This document shows, piece by piece, positions 1 to 6,691 of a DNA stretch of 6,691 nucleotides. Made by a program: the position numbers and the translations under genes. The stretch lies in sequence record CP044582.1. One strand, 5' to 3'. Position 1 is the stretch's first letter. The number at the start of each line of letters is the position of its first letter. The notes under the pieces are model-generated. The model did no database searches, was not told the origin of the DNA, and saw only the letters and a program-made list of their open reading frames with translations.

Positions 1-708
1 GGTGAATAGAAGTTGAGTTTGAACTGACCTGCCATCTGCCTGCGCTGGTCGTCGCCCCACAACCGCAGGTAGCTGCCATCAATAACAGCACTACGGGCAT
101 GAATATTGAGATTGGCCGACCTGTCGTCACCGACCGCTACGTTCATTTGCATGCCAATATCGGCGCGCTCGCCAATCCATTCGGCTGTGGCTGGCCGGCT
201 GGAACATTGGCCACTGCCAGCTGCGGCCGACGCGCCCATGCAGTCGAAGCCCTCGGTCCCCCGAAATTTTTCCTGGCGCAGCCAGTTCAAGAACCGCCCT
301 ATTGGGAACACCAATGCCATTACCATCAACAATATCAATTCGCCAAGGATTAACCAGCCGCCCGAGATTCACCGGCGTCAGGTTTTCCCCATAATTGGAG
401 TTGGCGCCTGCGATATACAGGTGGTTGACCGTGATATCCACTTCCCGACCATCGGTACTCTTGATACCGGATATACGGAAGATGCGCGCCTGATTGCCAT
501 CGGCGTCCGGCCGGTCGGTGCCGTGTGAAAAGTAAAATTGTCGAATACCAGACCGATACCCGCACCATCGATTTCCGACATTTCTGACTCTGCAAGACGC
601 TCCAACTCCGCCAGAGCGGAGGGACGGCGCGATAGCAAGCATCATCACAAACACCGCAATCAGGACCGGTCCGGCGCCGACAATGCACCGAAACATAGAG
701 GCGCTCAT
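1..708 (-). CDS. Secreted or membrane-anchored protein of uncharacterised family, paralogue-like partner of the upstream gene. The 5' end is complete and the 3' end runs off the window. The reading frame is interrupted at least 3 times as given (sequencing indels or pseudogene).
   Basis: ATG at 708..706 has an AGGGGG SD-like element 8 nt upstream and overlaps the upstream stop (TGATGA). The N-terminus MSASMFRCIVGAGPVLIAVFVMMLAIA looks like a Sec signal or anchor. Protein-like translation continues to position 1 only by switching phase. Segments are 708->~620 (phase of ORF 127..708), ~620->~525 (phase of ORF 378..638, giving SALAELERLAESEMSEIDGAGIGLVFDNFTFH), ~525->~270 (phase of ORF 127..708, giving GTDRPDADGNQARIF...ELAAPGK) and ~270->1 (FRGTEGFDCMGAS...GQFKLNFYS, still open at the window edge). 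Confidence 0.72.
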
Positions 709-1912
709 CAGAACAGCCCCCTACCGCGATCGATGTACTCGGTACGATAACGATCGGTGCCATTCAGGGCTTCGTTAAGGTTCACCTCAGTAGCGCCGTT
801 GGGAATATTGAAGAAAGCTCCGGAGGTTGCCCGTATAAAATCCCTCTACAGTCAGATCGCTTTTCTTGACGTCTTTCAGCCAATCGAGATCTTTGGTCTG
901 GAATGAAATGAAGGCGCCATCCGCTGGCCCGGTTAACCTGCGCTCGCCGTTAACCTCCTCTACCTGGCCAATCGGGAAGCTGTTGTACATGTCCAGATCA
1001 AAACAGGCGTCAATGCCTAACACTCTGCAGCCGTCGGCATACACGTAGATATCACCGGAGCCGCAGCTAAAGAATGAACAATTGGGAACCTCTATCTCCG
1101 AGCTCGAACCCCAGCCAATCAGGTTTCTAACCGACCAGCGGGTGAAGCTGCCCGCGTTCTCCAGAACGAATTTTTCTCCGTTGGGGATGCCGATGTGCTC
1201 TGCTCTTATTGGGTCAAGCTCACCCACCCGAGGATCATTATCATCGCCGTAAACCAGCTGCGCTTTGGTTGCGAGGGGGCTGCCGCCTTCCAGAAGGGGG
1301 TCAGCAGTACAATCAGTTGATCAAAAAAATTACCGCTCGAGCTGGCATCCCGCAGGCCTTCCCCGCGGTCGATGATGTCGACATTGACATTACCGGTCAG
1401 GGTTTCAATTTTTCCCGACAGCACCCCCATGGCCTCACCAAAGCCAAGGCGAACACCAACCACCTCGTTGGTCGCCTCATCAAATGCAAACTCGAAAAAG
1501 GGGTTATCGATCATGAACGGAACGATTTCGTTCTCATTATAGGAAGAGCCATCCGGGCGATACTGCCTCGCCGCTTTGGGATTACGCTGATAGTAGGCCT
1601 GGTTGTTGATATAGCCGAGCGCAAAATCCCTTATCAAGACGTCCGAAGAGCCGGCCTTCTCACCTTCCCGTTCATAACGTCCAAGTTCCAGAACATCAAC
1701 ATTGGTCTGGATTTCGATATCCATCGCCAAGGTTAACGCGGGTATAAGAGGTAGTGTTGTCCGGATCGGGATGGTATTGGCGATCAACCGAAAGGAATGC
1801 TTGCCCGGTGACTTCCGACATCTGTTCATCGGAAATAGGCTGAAGACCTGCTTCGGCGAATACCGGCAGGGAAACAATGGCAACAACAAATGCCTGCGCG
1901 TTTTTTACTCAT
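708..1912 (-). CDS. Secreted protein of uncharacterised family, about 400 aa when reconstructed. The reading frame is interrupted at least 4 times as given (sequencing indels or pseudogene).
   Basis: ATG at 1912..1910. If the A6 run (plus-strand T6, 1901-1906) is read as A5, the N-terminus becomes MSKNAQAFVVAIVSLPVFA|EAGLQPISDEQMSEVTGQ, a canonical Sec signal peptide. Coding then continues through ORF 1206..1889 from MDIEIQ (1724), through ORF 787..1227 (whose phase is open upstream to 1320), and through a final unlisted 46-codon segment at 845..711 (..ATSGAFFNIPNGATEVNLNEALNGTDRYRTEYIDRGRGLF). The stop TGA is at 710..708. All segments are on the same strand, contiguous and protein-like. Confidence 0.75.
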
Positions 1913-2075
1913 AGCCACACCCTGCGCCGTTTCTTGTTATTGACGGCATCGATTAAATGACTGATGAGTGTCTCTGAAGCTGGCTCTTTTTATATTCCGG
2001 GTCGGCCAGTCTTTACCGAATGTTAACTTTGTTTGCAGGTTGTAGCTGTGCGGCGAGTCATACTTTCGAAAACAC

Positions 2076-2110
2076 AAATAAAAAAGCCCCAGCATCAAGG
2101 ATGCTGGGGC
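2076..2110 (-). terminator. Rho-independent terminator of the rrn operon
   Basis: On the minus strand the sequence reads GCCCCAGCATC-CTT-GATGCTGGGGC (2110..2086), a 10-11 bp GC-rich stem. It is followed by TTTTTTATTTGTGTTTT and lies 14 nt after the 5S 3' end. The plus strand also shows TTTT after the stem, so it is structurally bidirectional. Confidence 0.88.
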
Positions 2111-2123
2111 TTTTGGTATTAAG

Positions 2124-2240
2124 AGCCTGACGATGACCTACTCTCACATGGGCGAACCACACTACCATCGGCGCTGGTCTGTTTCACTTCTGAGTTCGGG
2201 ATGGGATCAGGTGGTTCCAGACCGCTATGGTCGTCAGGCA
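2124..2240 (-). rRNA. rrf: 5S ribosomal RNA
   Basis: The reverse complement reads TGCCTGACGACCATAGCGG...CCGAACTCAGAAGTGAAAC...GCCGATGGTAGTGTGG...GAGAGTAGGTCATCGTCAGGC. This has the typical gammaproteobacterial 5S motifs and the terminal helix TGCCTGACGA/TCGTCAGGC. Ends are accurate to about +/-3 nt. Confidence 0.95.
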
Positions 2241-2325
2241 AAACGGATAATCACTGGGAAGGACGAGATGGAACGTGATGTTGATTTCGTTTGAGCGTGG
2301 CTTTCGCGTTGCTCTGCGTTATCCG

Positions 2326-2344
2326 CAATTGTCTTGGGTGTTAT

Positions 2345-2354
<10 letters not shown>
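2326..2354 (-). other. 3' half of the 23S processing (RNase III-type) stem, overlapping the mature 23S 3' end
   Basis: Plus 2326-2354 (caattgtcttgggtgttatatagtcaagc) is the near-perfect reverse complement of plus 5229-5256. In the RNA this gives about 27 bp with one G.U pair and one bulge, bracketing the 23S. Confidence 0.8.
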
Positions 2355-5228
<2,874 letters not shown>

Positions 5229-5236
<8 letters not shown>

Positions 5237-5256
5237 ATATAACCCCAAGACAACTG
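5229..5256 (-). other. 5' half of the 23S processing stem, overlapping the mature 23S 5' end
   Basis: Plus 5229-5256 (gcttgactatataaccccaagacaactg) pairs with 2326-2354, as described for the 3' half. Confidence 0.8.
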
Positions 5257-5439
5257 ATCACGATTCAGCATCCTTCACCAGGCAAGCCTGATACAGAACC
5301 CTGTTTCGAGACAGTCACTTGAAGCCATATAACAACCACTTCAACGACAACACCGGATAACGCTTGAAATCGCTATCACTTTGAACAGTTTCTCTCGGAG
5401 ATAATGAGAGAAATCTATTCGTGTTCTATCTCGTCCAAT

Positions 5440-5452
5440 TTGTTAAAGAGCA
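5440..5452 (-). promoter_or_regulatory. rrn antitermination boxA in the tRNA-Ala/23S spacer
   Basis: The minus strand reads TGCTCTTTAACAA, an exact match to the E. coli rrn boxA consensus. A small hairpin lies immediately upstream in the transcript (TCTGA-N8-TCAGA, 5472..5455) and could be a boxB-like element; that part is low confidence. Confidence 0.8.
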
Positions 5453-5581
5453 AATCTGACCCAGTGATCAGAAAGAAGGACTTCGCTTAACAACCGATGT
5501 CATTAAATCGAAATACTTGTTTCTGCACACTGCTAACCGGAGTTAGTCAGTTAGTTACGCATCGATCTTTTGGGCTTTTTT

Positions 5582-5657
5582 TGGTGGAGCTGAGCGGGAT
5601 CGAACCGCTGACCTCCTGCGTGCAAGGCAGGCGCTCTCCCAACTGAGCTACAGCCCC
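5582..5657 (-). tRNA. tRNA-Ala (anticodon UGC), 76 nt with encoded CCA
   Basis: The reverse complement is GGGGCTGTAGCTCAGTTGGGAGAGCGCCTGCCTTGCACGCAGGAGGTCAGCGGTTCGATCCCGCTCAGCTCCACCA. It folds as a cloverleaf with anticodon loop CTTGCAC, the G3:U70 identity pair and the GGTTCGATCC T-arm. Confidence 0.96.
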
Positions 5658-5780
5658 TCATCGAAACCACTCACCAAGCCGACCAGATGCCGTACTCGGA
5701 AAATCGTTCAGATCTAGGCGCTTCAGGTGTAGCGTGCGAGTAGCACGTGAGCCTGGAAGCAACGACGAGCTGAGCGATTT

Positions 5781-5859
5781 TGGTGGGTCTGGGTGGACTT
5801 GAACCACCGACCTCACCCCTTATCAGGGGGTGCGCTCTAACCACCTGAGCTACAGACCC
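5781..5859 (-). tRNA. tRNA-Ile (anticodon GAU), 79 nt as given with encoded CCA, and an atypical 6-bp anticodon stem
   Basis: The reverse complement is GGGTCTGTAGCTCAGGTGGTTAGAGCGCACCCCCTGATAAGGGGTGAGGTCGGTGGTTCAAGTCCACCCAGACCCACCA. The acceptor, D and T arms are canonical and the anticodon loop is CTGATAA. The stem CACCCC/GGGGTG is one base pair longer than the standard CACCC/GGGTG. Confidence 0.9.
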
Positions 5860-6099
5860 AATTATCACTGCATCTTGTGCCACCTGAGCTGCGTTGCAGC
5901 TTCGTTCACTCGGTCACGTACTCATGTACGCTCCCCTCGCTCTCTCAGCCTGCGCCTTGTCAGCTGTCACAATCTACAGCGCTAATGCCTGCTTCACGTT
6001 AACGTGACACAGTCATCGGGCCTGCATAGACCCCTTTTGCTCTCTTTATTAGCCAACCAAGTAATTCTGTGGACTCTGACCGAAGCATTCGGCTTCGTT

Positions 6100-6691
<592 letters not shown>

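Noticed and set aside
350-763. Minus-strand ORF 350..763 (137 aa) overlapping gene 2 and the end of gene 1
   Set aside because: It is in a third phase that none of the protein-like segments use. Its composition is Arg/Cys/Trp-rich and it spans the gene 1/gene 2 junction. It is an out-of-frame artefact.
1725-1889. The N-terminal 55 aa of ORF 1206..1889 (MLLPLFPCRYSPKQVFSLFPMNRCRK...)
   Set aside because: This is an out-of-frame reading of the gene 1 signal-peptide region. The adjacent phase gives a canonical leader plus the motif shared with gene 2.
708-1912. Programmed ribosomal frameshifting or recoding as the explanation for the broken frames
   Set aside because: Seven shifts of both signs in two genes, no slippery heptamer plus downstream structure at the junctions that I could see, and similar indels in non-coding RNA genes all argue against programmed events.
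99-1914. Plus-strand ORFs 99..353, 106..528, 538..750, 866..1048, 1209..1736 and 1702..1914
   Set aside because: They lie antisense to the two minus-strand genes, which have signal peptides, an SD-like element for gene 2 (only a weak AGGG for gene 1) and coupled stop/start. Their products are Arg/Pro/His-rich and of low complexity (for example ..HHHKHRNQDRSGADNAPKHRGAHQ..), and they have no start context. They are shadow ORFs.
1913-2075. A sigma70 promoter for gene 1 in the 170-bp gap after the terminator
   Set aside because: The only candidate is a TATAAA-like hexamer (minus strand, about 1991-1996). It has no acceptable -35 element at 16-18 bp spacing, so I cannot support a call from sequence alone.
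5767-5776. The 10-mer gagctgagcg just 3' of tRNA-Ile, repeated at 5587-5596 inside the tRNA-Ala T-arm/acceptor, as a possible tRNA-Ala remnant
   Set aside because: Similarity extends only about 13 of 15 nt with no further cloverleaf elements. That is too short to distinguish from chance.
5994-6007. A perfect 14-bp palindrome, tcacgttaacgtga, in the 16S/tRNA-Ile spacer
   Set aside because: It is short, isolated and loop-less, and it lies in a transcribed spacer. It is most likely part of ITS secondary structure or chance, and there is no second copy or partner site.

Overview
Minus-strand window. Positions 2076-6691 are the distal part of a gammaproteobacterial-type rrn operon: 16S 3' end (partial, runs off the right edge), tRNA-Ile(GAU), tRNA-Ala(UGC), 23S, 5S and a rho-independent terminator. 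A consensus boxA lies in the tRNA-Ala/23S spacer, and the 23S ends are flanked by the usual long-range processing stem. Positions 1-1912 hold two tandem minus-strand genes whose stop and start overlap (TGATGA). Both encode signal-peptide proteins that share an N-terminal '..SE.MSE(V/I).G..' motif. I cannot assign a function; from memory the motif resembles the DUF6160/FilA-like family, which is unverified. Neither gene translates in a single frame as given. Seven frame switches are needed in total, several of them plausibly at homopolymer runs. The 16S, the 23S and tRNA-Ile also carry small indels at positions that are normally invariant. I therefore think a consensus-quality problem (indel-prone sequencing) is more likely than biological decay, but this must be checked. 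All plus-strand ORFs, and all ORFs inside the rRNA genes in the supplied track, are spurious. I see no CRISPR array, mobile element, defence or toxin system. The only non-routine biology is the uncharacterised secreted-protein gene pair.
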